A stretch of 64,000 nt of DNA. Source: Balanoglossus misakiensis (Eukaryota > Animalia > Hemichordata). The notes under the pieces were generated by a model. The model worked only from the letters and a program-made list of their open reading frames with translations, had not been told where the DNA came from and searched no databases. Positions 12,829-26,563 of this stretch are shown here, one piece after another. The stretch is from positions 5,510,699 through 5,574,698 of the forward strand of contig CM082581.2 of NCBI GenBank assembly GCA_040954595.2, in the 5' to 3' direction. Every line of letters begins with the position of its first letter. The stretch's first letter is position 1. The position numbers were made by a program, and so were the translations under genes.

Positions 12829-15800
12829 TCACTTAAAACAATATTGATATCTCGGGATAAAGCTACCAGAAGACCCGGCCTTCAAAGACAGCAGGAGCCC
12901 AGTCGGCCGTGGCAAAGCCTACAAAGTAACGTGATCGCCAGCACATTTGTTTTGGGACGATTATACACGTCTGCCACAACTACACCGCGATATGGGTTTG
13001 ATATTTCGAGCCTAAGGAGGGCTTTGGGTCACTGATCTCCCCAAAGCATCAATCAGGTCGGATGACATGAAATACGGCGATGAGTGATCCCTCGGCTAAG
13101 GAAACGACAACGTTTTTTCTTGGGGCGCGCGGGGGCGTAGACGTCAAATATGACATGGGTTTTTAATACGGGCTGCGCGGTTCAGGCATCGGAACGACCC
13201 GACGAAATACCACTGAACTCAGAATATGTATTAACGTTTAATGTGACGTATTTATTTCATGGGTATGGGTTGTTGAACGTGATAGCATCATGATCAGATA
13301 CCTACAATTGAAAAGGCACCATCGGATACAGTAACATGATCCGTGATATTCTTATTCATTTTTTTCAAAAGTGTTGCATCAGTAACTCTACTTTTCAAAG
13401 TTTTAGATACACGCCTCGAGCATGGATTACGACACACTTCTGTGTGCTGCATGTACCTCTGCGACCGACAGCATTAGTTCGGTCGATCATTGTGAGGAGG
13501 TCTTGGGATACTAACTGCTTAACGTGTCTGATTTGCAAGTGGGTGGAGATGGGGGCATCTCCGATTCATGTCTCCGTGGCGTTCAATCCTTTGGGTATAT
13601 AGACTGAGGACTCAGTTACAATAGCAATACGCAGAGCATACTAAACAGAATTCTCTCTAAACGAGAGGGATACAAACAGTCATGCTTAATGGAACTTTGA
13701 TGTTCAATTATCATTCGGGGGATTAATTGAATAAACCTAAGTCTCAGCTTAACGATAACGTCACGATTCTTCTACCAATTTCCTTTCCAATAACAATGAC
13801 ATTGACTTTACATGTCGTTTTAAAATGTCATCGGGATATTAAGCCTGCCTTTCAGTTTTGAAGAACCTTGGAAACAGTGTTACAACTTGAGCTATTGTAC
13901 GTTCATTCAGTTATATAAAGTAAGAACAGCGAAAAGTACTCTCCTCTGGAAATGTTAACTGAATTAAGAAATGCATTACAGATTCTACAATAAATTCTCT
14001 CGGCACAAATAAATTTATTCAACTCATTCCAGTACTTTAGCTTGGCTATGAAGATTATAAATCGGATTTTAGCACAAAATATTTTCGGCAGCTTAATCAG
14101 TATAGGTATTAAGAACAGAAATGAGTACGACGAGCCCTTGTTACCTGTAATATCGTTTGATAAATATGACATTTTAAACATGAGAAAATGGTCAAATTTG
14201 CTTCTCATCGGCCTAAAAAATAAACTGAGGACAAAATGCTTACGTTAGTACTATGTGCGTTGGTGGGTAATTCAATTGACCAACTGATACATTGACTTAA
14301 TGCTATCAATAAAATTTAATTTGAAATAATTGGTAATCTTATTAGAAGAACTGACAGATTGGGTAAATATCTCGTGCATTTACCGGTTGTAGCAGAAATC
14401 ACGATAGAAGAATATTTCCGGTGTGCGTTGGACTTTAGTCGCTCTATACCCCCTAAATCACCTTAAATCGGACTAAATGAAGTATCGAGATATACATATC
14501 GCACTCTTGAAAGTTTAAGACAAGGTTCGTGATATTTTCTTCGGAGAATGATTCGCAGTAAAAATAAATGTCTAATCCCGCAGATTTTTGACACATTCGC
14601 GCACTCGTTTCAACATACATGTAGATATCTCTCGATATCTCCAGAATGTGTCGGTCGATACTTTACTGCCTGTATATAATCCCTCGCGTCATAAAAAAAA
14701 CTGTTGCAGGAACAGTAAGCCAACAATGGTGTATTCGATTACGTTCAGATGATATAAAAATGTAATTCTGCCTTCAGGTACAAATTCTATCGGATTATCG
14801 CAATAATACAACAATGGGTCACCAGCAGTTTGATTATCGTCGTATGTTGGCGCCTTCAGTATTTCTCCATGCTGAGGGTATAACTTCTGGGTACTGTATA
14901 CTCGCAGTCTACCCGCAATTTACAAGCAGAACCCCGCGGGTGGAATATTTGCTGTTTCAGTTGAACAAAACACATTTGAAAAGTATTGTTGTATTAGGAA
15001 TTTGTACAATATGGTTATTAAAGGTATCAATATCGCCATGAATTATGAACTGCACATAACATCTGCTAGTAATTGTCAGGATTTTTTCGTAAGCAAATCC
15101 ACGATTTTAGTTGCGGGTAATGCACGCAGGCATTTTTTTAAATTTCCACGCTAATACGCCAATGGCATTTACACTATCCACATTAATCTAATAAATTTGG
15201 TGTTCATTGCGTTTTCTCCAAACTCCTACGTTTGAACACGCTTAAAGGTTACTCACTCTGAAAGCTGGACGGACGTCCCCTATAAATGCGAAAGGCATGA
15301 CATTTTGTATTCTGCTGTAGAGTTACGCGAAAACACTGTGTCTCTCATTGCATCATCAACCGCTAAATGGTGAGTGAATTTGAAAGGAACGCGTTGGGAA
15401 AAAAATCTGTCGACGTGAAATACATTCAGACAGGTACGCAAATCCTTTGTCACTTATTTGACGGTTCTACACAAATTGTCTTTGCGCCGGGCAAACACGC
15501 TCAATATTGGCACACGCGGAAACGACACGGCTTGATTGTTTCACTGTTTAACCTCCAATTAAGAATCACCACAGCTTTGCGGAGAATGTTTGGCTTCGCC
15601 GGGTACTGCTCTCGAGTACCTGTGGAAGGCAAATAGCGAGAGCGTCCCGCGTCGACCGCTTGATTGGATTAGGGCAGTCGATAATCAATACGTATTGACG
15701 ACACGGGCCACTCCATTTGATTAGATCCGTATTTGCACTTCTCCCTGATGTCTGCACAGTAACAGTGTAGCCATTGTTGGGATGGCATATATATATTCTT

Positions 15801-17582
15801 CATCTTGTTGCAATAATGCTGAATGTATTGAACCCAAAGATGCCCGCACAGCGAGTGCACCGCGCGTTTCCATTCACCCTGCTCGATCTAAAGCACCCGA
15901 CTTCCTCGTTTGTAACTGTTTGCAAACACCGCGGTTGCAACGCTGGTGCTCTCTCGGTGATTAAACCGTCAAGGTTAAGTTTTGAATTGTATTGTTTGAA
16001 CTTGAAAGTCAATGCATCCCAAATAGGTTTGCCATGCATTAAAAAGTTGAACACAGACCTTGACAAAGAGACGGGACATTAAGATTGGAAATGCATGAAG
16101 GCGCAACATAATCCGATTGTTTTTGCGTGTGTGACGGTGTAATTAGACGGCAGCCGAGCTTGAAATACACAAATTTAATTTTACTGGCAATGGCATTTTG
16201 CATTCAATAAATACGAAGATATGAGATTGTGTCTCAATGTATTGTCGGGAAAAACATTTATGATACATTTTGATTAATTACGAGTTACGTGGTGATTTAG
16301 AAGGTAAAACGGCCAAAGTCGCTCGCTTTTGACATTTTGGCCAGTTACATGTATATCCATGGTAACTCACCAGTTATTACAACTCAATTAAAATTAGTAT
16401 ACAATTCCCTCTAATTTACATATGCCTATATGGAGCATGTCTTTAGTATTCGAATGACCACTTGGTGACGCACTGTTTTTCGCGTGGCCGTCCCGCGAAA
16501 ATCTGTCATTGGCTATATCTCTATACTTAGCATGGTAACTGTGGCTAAACTTGCACGATGACCGACCATATGTAAATGGCAGGTAAAATAAAAGTACTGC
16601 AGCACTGTACAATTATGAAATAAACCGATGTGTTCTGTCTGAAGATTGAAGATGTTACTTTGAGCCGAACAACACGAAGCTGGATCTGAAGAAACTAAAA
16701 TAACCACGATAATGGCAAGAGTGAGTGACTTTATCCCTTTAAAGAAAACAATGCACGTATAAAAGCTTACGGATGCATCGACGCAATCCTTCGGCAATGT
16801 TAAAGACAAAAATAAAATCTTTTTTTTTTCTTAAATAACAGGGGTTCATTTGGCTGCAGGCGATTTCAAAGACGCATACCGTGAGCTAATTAAAGGCACG
16901 CCAACTTAATTCGATACCCAAATTATCGATCTGTTCAATTTTGCTTTGAAAATGAGCTTGAACACTTCTCAACAGGTTTGTTAAATCGCGACTGGAGGTC
17001 ACTCATTAAATATAAAGATTGCATCTTTCCCACGGTGAGATAAAATTGGTAACGCGCAAATAGATTCGCATTGTGATTGTGTATTACGCCAGACTGGTCC
17101 AGTCTTGTGAATCAAGCCTATGACAGCACATGTAACGTAATTTAACAGATTTGATTCGATATGCGATAGGTTACCCTAATGATCTTTTATATTGTCACAA
17201 ATCAATGTGAAATCCCTTTGCGGCGAACGCGCGGCATCTTCAATCGAAGCAAATGAGAGAAAATAAGTTTGACTTTTAACACTGCGCTAATGCTGTCGTA
17301 AACGTATAACGCTGGACCTATGCGCGGATCGACAAAAAAACTCATAGAAATTAGAAAATTACGCGACATAAAGGAAAATTAGAGATACAGACCTAAGAAA
17401 ACGTTTTTTTACCCTGTGATGAGATAACGGTAGGATGATGATGCTAAACCGTTCCCGTGACGACGATCGAAAGCATACCCGGACTGCAACATGGACACAT
17501 TGAACTCAGGCGCGTAGATTACGATACTATGTTGGTATCGAACAAAAAACACTGACTATATATTGCCATGTGACGTAGTATG

Positions 17583-17600
17583 GCAATGCATCACGGGAAA
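17583..17600 (-). promoter_or_regulatory. ZNF143/Staf-binding-site-like motif
   Basis: Minus strand reads TTTCCCGTGATGCATTGC, close to the SBS consensus TTCCCRNNATGCAYYGC. Confidence 0.3.
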
Positions 17601-20600
17601 CTGTGTACCCTTACTGTTGGTTCGCAGAATAGTGTCCAGGCAACTGAGCTTAATGAAATTCTAAAATAAACGCTTTTCCTCATCAAAAGCAAAAACCAAT
17701 TATCATATAACGCTTAAACTACGCCATCATGAAACGTATGCTACTGGACCAATACAAATGATGTTTACGTTTAAAAGCATAATATTGATGCAAATTGTTG
17801 TTCAAACGCTTTCTTATTTGGCGTATGTGCCTGTCCATACCAAACTCAAATTACCGTAATGTGCAATACAGATAGATATTGAAGATAAATGTGCCTCGGA
17901 TGGCTTGACAAACCGGCGTCAGGTCTTGACATTATCTATACGGACCCGTTTCGTTTCAAATCTTTGTTAATTAAAGTGCTTGGAAATGAACGTAATACGG
18001 AAAACACCGTTTGGAAAACGATCGTCAGTATAAGAACAGATACTACAACGACGGGTACAAACTGCAGGCGTCCGGCGCACCTGTATATTTGAATGCCATG
18101 GAATCAAATTCATTCATTCCGTCTGTGGCACCATGGTTATGCATATTCAGTACTGTCATAGCTGTAACTATAGCCAGGGATTAGTCTTAATCCGACATTT
18201 TTACAAACAAGCACAGTTGATTCTCCCTGTATTCTTGCTCTCATCGACAAGTGCAGAAATTTATCATACCTGCCAAAGGCATCGCGCAGCCTTGTTTCTG
18301 TTCAATTCAAATCGGTGTACAAACAGGTCACTCGCAACAGCTTGTGAACCTTCATTTTTATACCAAAAAATTGAATTCGAAAATGTTCACGTCCACAGCA
18401 AACGCATTGGAATGGAGCCTGCGCAGTTAGGTTCAAAGTGGTCCAGTTAAAGTGTGACCTCCCCGTATCGCATCCACCTTTACTTTTAGTACTCAAAATG
18501 GTTTCAAAGACGATCAAAAGTACATGATAATGGTTTTTACAGACATCAACCGAGCCAGTCTGAGGCACGCAGATAAATCAAACGCAAGAGTTCATACCTT
18601 AAGAAGAAGAATAGGGCCACGACGACCGATTTACAAACTACATGTACTCGCATCTACCTTTTTCGTCCCTTGTCAGAGGATAGTACAGTCTCCAAGTCGA
18701 GAACGCGCGTCTTGGCACACGCTCGGCGCTCAGACGTATTGACCACCGCGCTGTGTTTGACAATAGCTCAGAACCGCGCTTGTAATTGGATTAATAAATC
18801 TATCATCGTAAGTGTCTTGCAATATCCGTTTCGCAAATATCCCATTTCTTTATTCGCGCTTTTTTTTGTTCAGTGTCTTTTCACAAGAACCTGTTTGCGT
18901 TTATGATACTCTGTTTGCGTGTGATACATTGGATGTGCTGGATATCATTCGCTGACGAGATAAAAAGCAGCTGAGGGGATGTTGGCGCGAAGTAATTCTT
19001 AATGAATATTTGTAACGCGCAAGACTTTAGTCGAACCATCACGTGCGTCATCGTCCGGGAAACGCGGTGCAATTATTGTATCATTATCGAAACGGGCAAT
19101 AATCCGCTCAGAAAAATAATTCCGCAATAATCAAATTTGAAATGAGAATCGGCAAGATAGTGAAAAAAAACAGTAATTTAATAACAACAACGAAAATCCT
19201 AAACCCGTGTTGGGATTTATGAACAGTGTAATAACGCCAATCTTTTTCATGCAAAGGATTGTAATTTTAATTTTCGGGGGGAAAAAAACTCAAAAATTCA
19301 CCGTCTTCTGGATTTTGACAACGTGAAAAGGGAATCTATTATCGTTGTGGAGAAAAATCTCCCTACAGTTGTACATTGTATTTCATATTATAGAAATCGA
19401 CTTATAGTTTTGTTATTCTATTAGTGGAGAGCTTGTATTTCCTGACATGTAAATGGAGTGATCAAACGGGGAAAACTCGTTTAGCAAATCAATTTCCATA
19501 AGCGTAAAAGCGCATTTGGTTTGCAGAAAAATGAAATTTATTAAATCCATACAAATAATGTTTTGGAACGGATGTTATGAGTAAACAAGTCGCCATGAAG
19601 TGCACTTTCTGAACATGCAGACTCTCTTAACCTAATTAACAATAATTCGAGATGTTAGTTGTTACCGGGGCAACGGTATCGATAAAGGATCCCGCAACAA
19701 AACTTTATTTATGACACTAATGTCGGAATTGTGGAGAGGTCTATTTGCACCGTGCAAAGAAAAATATGCATTGTATCAACACACGTGATTCAGTTGGTCT
19801 GAACACACAGGAGGCGAATCAGTAACTTTTCCACGGCCTATGTTGGTCTCAGCTTCATGTAAATAGTATTTGTTCCAAAACTGGCGACGTTTGACGTCTT
19901 GACATATGAGAGACCAAATATCTACATAAGCCCTGTGGTGTAATTACATGGTCACAGAAAATCATATTTTATTCAATCCCTCTCTTTGTCTCCCGCGTTG
20001 GTAAACATTGGGCGACGCAATGCCTGCTCTTGTGCTAATCAATAGACTATGGCACACGTAAGTGTTCGTTATTTGCCCGAACTCGAAAACTTAAGTACGC
20101 GCCTCCATTAAGACCGAATCACGGACTCGGTTACCTAGCAATGGCTACAACACAAAGACAGAATAACCATTTAATGTCTAGTCAAATGTTTGTATATTTG
20201 ATCTCCCCATCTTAAAATCTACGACAATATTTGGTAAATGATTTCGTTTTCTGCTTCTCTCTCTCTTTCCCTCTCTCTCTCTAGATATAGCACAGCCGTT
20301 ATAAAAGTGATCATTAAAAGTTTGCACAATTCAAGTTACTAGTAATATAAACACCATACCATGCAAGAGATTGAAGCGGCATTTAAACTAAAGGGAATGT
20401 TAGGCGAATAACCACGTTTAGTTATAGCTTGTGGTGTAACGAAAACAATAATAATTGCTATATGTTGCTATTGTTTATAAATTTTTATAAAAGTTAGTTC
20501 ACGATGCCCTTCCTATATCTCAGCAATTGTATGCGAGGGCCTCAACTTGATTCTTGGGTTCTGGCCAGCGGGGAATCGGTGGCGAAGTATTTCAATGGAT

Positions 20601-22750
20601 AAATTTTATCATGAATGACACGCAGAAGAATTTTATTCCGGGAGTACGCCAATCACAGATCATAAAAATGATATTCAATCACTGATAAGTCTGCTTTCGT
20701 CTTCAGGGTAATATTATTGCAGAACAATGACGTCAGAACAACGGTAAAAACCGACCATTGCTGAAGCGGCAAATTAGGCCTTTTCCTTGAAATCTCTAAT
20801 TAGTGTACACGTTTCTCAGAAATTACAATAAACAGTAAACATCAGGAATCATGTTACCGAGAACCATAGAAATGTAACGTTTATCACGGCCATAAAATCC
20901 CGTTGACTTTTATCCGATGCGTCATATCGTAAATGTTGGTGCATTTACGAAATGATTTTTAGATAAGATCGAGCAGAACCAAAAACCACTGAACTATAAA
21001 TCATACACTTAAGTTCTCTGCAAAATGGTCCCAGCATACGCCATGCAGGGTAAGACATAAGCCACGCTAGTTATACAAACTCAGTAACGTCTTTCCCAGC
21101 CTCGGCCGTATGATGAGGCGAAATCACATCGACAAGGTCATTTACATTTCCGTGCAATATTCCTCAGAGAATACGCATTACGGTAACCGTTCTTTTTTCC
21201 ATAATTGATAATTATGAATGTGTCTGTAGCCCACAGTATAATTATTCACCCGTGACATAAAAGCTTCATTAAGAGGCACAATAGTTAACGAGGAATTTAA
21301 TTCTTAAATGCGAAATTTAATCATAAAGGAAAATATGCTAGGATTTGCACTATAGGTCACATAATCGCGATAGCCAGTTCAATGCTTTGTCATTTGGAAT
21401 TTGGTGTACTGAAATCAAATTTCATGATTGTCTAATTTCATGTTCCTATTCGCAGCTGTCGTCGCACCGTGTTTATCCCAAAACAACGATGACTTATCAA
21501 TCCATTTGTCAGCAGCCTCTACCTCAAATGACAACTATATTGACTTTTTCCTCCACTAATTGACTCGACAGTCAAACAACTTATTTTGCGCGCGCGCGTG
21601 GTGCGAGTAATTTCCTAGAAAGGATTTCGGTCGTTTGCTTGCAACCCTTCAAAAAAACGCAGGATGCAATAACGGCATCACCGCTGATAAACAACTTTCA
21701 AATTTAATGAAAGAAGGCGAGTGACTTTGAACCGTGTGGGGTCACCATTACTGGGCGAGATAACGCTTCATTTGACTGTCTCTTATCGGAACCATCGAGA
21801 GTGGTTATTGGACAGCTTTGTCGCTCATGACGGCGAAGGTAGCCCACGCCTCGTGCACCGGAAAACGCAAGTAGATAACGCAATGTTTGACCCGAGGACA
21901 AAAACAGAAGTCAAAGTATTCATCTCCTGCTAATTGTTCGTCAACTTTGAAAAGACGGCCCTCATATCCTGATCGCCTGTTGGCGTCAAGAGATACTCGC
22001 GATAAGTTGTCAACAACTGATAGCGTATATGTTGGTTATGTTGGTTAATGTCCTATATATCCACGTACAAATGTACATGTACATGAAACGAAATAACACT
22101 GTGTTGCAACCCAACAAATCATTCTCCCCGATGCCATTGACTTTGATTTACGACATTTTGTTCAGCCCAATATAACTATATTCATTATGGCTATATAAAC
22201 TTAAGACAATATAAATCTTACACCGCCCTGACTTTCGTATAGAAATCTGTTCGATTCTGTCAAATGGTCAAAGTATTTCAACTGTATGTATACCCAGTCG
22301 ATTACAGGGTGTATACAGTTAACATCTGAGTGGCGTGGGTGTGCAATAAACTTGTCATGACCCACTTAAAATTTACAAATCAGCTTCATTGAACTGACAT
22401 TTACGACTGTTGTTTTATTTCCCATCGATGAACACGTGCCTCTTTCATCATCGTATACGTAAACTCCGCCACGTCACGGAGAAAATGGGGTTTTCACTGG
22501 ATCAGATAGACGGGGTTGCTAGGCAATGCAATCATACTTTCATTTTTTCCCCATTACAATCTACATTTGTATTACAGTATAAACACTCATCTTGTGTAAA
22601 GTTAGGAGGTCTTGGAGACCATGATGTGTTGAAATAACGTGTATACGGGGAGACGAATCTGTTAGAAATCAGATTGCGTCTTTCTTCACGCGCCAGATAC
22701 CAGGAGAGCAAATCTCGAGAAGAAACGGGCAGCCGTTCAAATCAGAAAGT

Positions 22751-22839
22751 AAACCCCCGTCGAGCAAGCGCGATTACTTCATTCACCAAGTTGCTCTCGG
22801 TGATGTAATATGATTGCGCGTCTGCTGGCGGGCAGGTTT
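22751..22839. ncRNA. Long imperfect hairpin, pri-miRNA-like geometry (unassigned family)
   Basis: Hand-folded: aaacc/ggttt, cccgtc/ggcggg, agca/tgct, gcgcgatta/tgattgcgc, tt/aa, cat/atg, cacc/ggtg, ag/ct. About 35 pairs including G-U, with small bulges. Confidence 0.25.
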
Positions 22840-24735
22840 TACGTCGGGTCTTGTCTAGATTCATCGTTTTGCTCCATAAAGCAAACGGCGTCTTTGTAAC
22901 ATGCCTCACTTTTTTTCCTTTTATGGAACGGGGAAATTTACCCAGACGCGGTGCCTGGAACCTGCATGGGCTTGTGATTGGCACAAGGAAGTAGAGGTTG
23001 ATGGGAACTGGAGCACAGTGACAGCTTTCTTTTCAACTTGGATGACACAGTCATTACAGTGGAATGTTGACGCCTCGGGGCGATAAATAGCAAATTGACG
23101 AAACGAGAATAAAGGTGTTCGGGCCGTCTGTTGAGAGATTTCTCGACGTACTACATAGTAAGCATTTGATATCGGCGTGGTCCTTGACAGGGTCCTTATT
23201 AGAACCTTTTTTGATGCGTTCCTTCGGGTTATTTACATGTACTTCGTAGAACGACAGAATAATCAAAGATATTTCTACACTTTCTATTACGCGTGACAAC
23301 GTTGAGAATGGGCAAATTGGAGGAGGAAGGGGGGTTAGATGCACTTTTTCTTTTTGATTTATTGATCTGCCTAATTTAAGTGTGTATGTGAGCATTGATT
23401 TTGTCTTTCCATGAGCAGTATATTGCATTTAGCTGTTACAAATTGGTAGTTTTGGTTAGGTCTGCGCTTTCCTACCAGATAGAATGAAATGAAACTAGAC
23501 TAGTCTAGACTAGAATAAATTCAGTCATCGTCGCCAGCTAGGACCCACTTATCCGCACACTCCCCGGACACATGACAGAGGAGACGCGAAGATTGGACGC
23601 GAATGCAGCAGCTCCGTCGAGCACGATCCTGACCTACGCGCACAACTGCAGCAATGCTGTTGTCATGGTAAACATGAGCGAGGGGTTTGCAAAATGCGTT
23701 TAAACGTGTGTACAAGGGAATGAATGAAACGCAGTAAACAAACGATACGGTGCCAATTAACGGCGTATTGGGTATTGGAACGTACATGTATATCACCAAG
23801 AAAGAAAACAAAATCACCAATTTGTCAGTTCTACCATAGTCTGTTGTTCTGGCAAGTAAATAACTTATACGTCCATGATTTTAGCAGCGGGAGCCGGACT
23901 CCAGTATGCATTGGCTCGTAGTACGCTTACTCACTCGGTTTTATACATTGATATAATTTAGGCTATTTTAATCTATCTCCGATCAGTCAAGAAGAGTACA
24001 TACCGCACCGTGACAACACGCAACATAATTTCATCTTAATGCATTTCTAATCATTTCCAATTTGCATAAAAAATCGACGTTTGCCACGAAACAAGACTGA
24101 CGATATAGAGGGCGCCCTGTTTATTGTAATGTTAGATGTTGCTAAAAGAAGATAAGCCAACCAACGCGTTATTAGTTTACAGATTCCTAACTGTTAACTG
24201 AACATGTACAGTAACAGTTCCGGCAACTCATAACTGAAATTATCTGATTATCCGCGCCTTTGCACACATTAAGGAGTACTAACTGAATATATTAGTATTG
24301 TAGTCATGCATAGATGATGGAGTCCGTGGGGTGTGTTACAAAACACATATCCAGCCTCAGATAACAGAAGCCCATCTGACTTTAGATCTGCGAGTCACCC
24401 CTGCAGAATGAGCTGTCTCTCGAGGCTGGAGGCCAAAAGAAACAGACCTTTTTGGGGAGTGACTCGCACTCCCATGGGTAGACAGTCGTATGCAGTTACC
24501 CTCGTGGCCTGTGAATTCTGCATTATGAAGAGCTTTGGTGCAATGGTCCTTACAACTAAAATACATGGTTAACTATATGAGCTCACAACACACAAGAAGA
24601 TTATGTAGGGTGACCAAAAAAAGCAGTACGAAAACTTACGATAGAAAGAGGTCTTTGTGAGAATTAGGATAGATACGAGTGATATCTTACAGCAGAAACT
24701 TTGAAATATCAAGTGGTGTACTTTTTTGTCCGCAG

Positions 24736-24837
24736 CGTTAGATTCTTTCTGTGTTACATGATCGCCGATACTTATAAATCATGAAACCCAAGCTACCTTT
24801 GGGAATTCTGGAAATAGTTCCGTTATGATTTGTCAAG
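24736..24837 (+). other. Candidate non-coding exon, 102 nt, plus strand
   Basis: Acceptor gtacttttttgtccgcag| and consensus donor AAG|GTAAGT; stops in all three frames. Confidence 0.3.
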
Positions 24838-25095
24838 GTAAGTTGGTTATTTAAAGTAGCCGTACAAATAAGCTTGTCGGCGATTAAAGAGTATTCAACA
24901 ATCTCAATGCACACATTCCAAAAGTTACTTTGATGAAAAGCGTCACTGTCTTTTTTTATCTTCTAAAGATACAATTAAGTGAATCGATTCTCATTGAATT
25001 GTGCCTTATTTTGTCACATTTGACATTTTGCGTGTTTGATAGGACTGGAAATTAAATGGTTCGCTCACAATTAAAGAGACCTGCCACTATATTAA

Positions 25096-25429
25096 AGGGG
25101 GACTAGCTTTTGACTTTATCATGTTTGTAACGTATTTATAATTTGTGTTCTTTGTGTCAAATACAGCTTCCTGGCCTACTCCCTACACGATATAAAGCCT
25201 TCTGCTTGCCAAGATAACGGTGTAACGACCATTGTTATTGTTGACAATTGAAGTCAAGGCCGGTCAAGAACTCAAGCAATAACACTGTTGACAGTACACA
25301 TATATTGTATTTACAGGCTAAACAATAGGCATTGTACCATACTTCAGTGAACTGGAACAAGACAGTGCGGCAGACACTTATAACATACTGAAATATACTA
25401 GTATCCCCGAAGTTACAGCTAGTGGGACT
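25096..25429. mobile_element. Kolobok-type non-autonomous DNA transposon (MITE), TTAA TSD
   Basis: TTAA at 25092-25095 and 25430-25433. Left end AGGGGGACTAGCTTTTGACTT versus right-end reverse complement AGTCCCACTAGCTGTAACTT. AG...CT termini with TTAA fit Kolobok rather than piggyBac (CCC...GGG). Confidence 0.65.
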
Positions 25430-26521
25430 TTAAAGTATTAATCTACGCTTCACTGGCGCAAATGTTGGACAAAAATAGAAGAAGTTCTATAAAATAAAAC
25501 TCTTCAACAGTGTTGTCAAAAATCATAGAGATGCGTTGATATACAGTACATACATGTATTTCAAACACTCTTTGGAGTGTAGCGAATTCGAAATGGACTC
25601 GGACAAAAACAGCTCCGGGTGAAGTTAAATTTTATTGCTATACCTTTGTGTTTACTTATAGTACAGTGAACACCGTCAGGACACAAGTGGAGAGTAAAAG
25701 GTAGAGGCATTTCTCTGCTCCCCTCCCCGCAAGGTTCAATCCAGATCCCAGCAAAGAAACGTAATTGCTATACTTGTGTGTGATTTGTTCGCGGTAATCC
25801 GTGCCACACAAGGACCGTTATGGCTCAACGCTTCACTTCATAATCAACTCCCATTCATATTCTCTCCCTTTTTTATGACGGGCTGCGTTTCACGACTCTT
25901 GTGATCAGGTCACCGCACACAATAGAGCCGTAGGAGAGATGTCATAAAGTGTTAGACTATTCCATGAATAATACACGATAAGCTGCTTTCCGAAATCATC
26001 CTAACAAAACAACCGCAAATGTCATAGCTCGCATCTCTGAAAGCTATTACTTTTTTTCAGAAGAGAAATAAAATACAACAATGCTCTATAAAGTTAACTA
26101 GAAGATTTACTGCTGTCGTGGATTATGTGGTCGTCATTTGGGATCGAACATCTCGACAAAGTTCATTAAGTTGTCGGTTCCACTCAGGCTTAATCGCGAT
26201 ACCTTCGACACGTTCACTGATTTAGAAACTGAATGGCGAATAAGGGATGTTATTAAAGTCATTGCTGTGCCATTTCTCAGGAAGGTAACACAATGCTCCA
26301 TCTGGCAACTGGATTCTTGCGGGCACTAATTGAGAGACATTAAGAAACTCTCTTACTTTGGAATTGCTGTTATTTCTGTCAGAGAGCACTATCGCCTCGA
26401 GGCTACACAGTTCACAATAACACCGAGCTCCCCAGTGCCAATTTAAAATTTCCTCGAAACACACAGGCTGTTTTCTAGAAAGTAAATGAGTCTGGGCAAA
26501 ACACATGTCTACACGGCTAGG

Positions 26522-26563
26522 TAGATAGATAGATAGATCTAGACAGACAGACAGACAGACAGA
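26522..26563. repeat. Compound (TAGA)n(CAGA)n tetranucleotide microsatellite
   Basis: tagatagatagatagatctagacagacagacagacagacaga. Confidence 0.9.

Noticed and set aside
12634-13035. Poly-Ser and poly-Ile ORFs
   Set aside because: Translations of the (TCA)n microsatellite.
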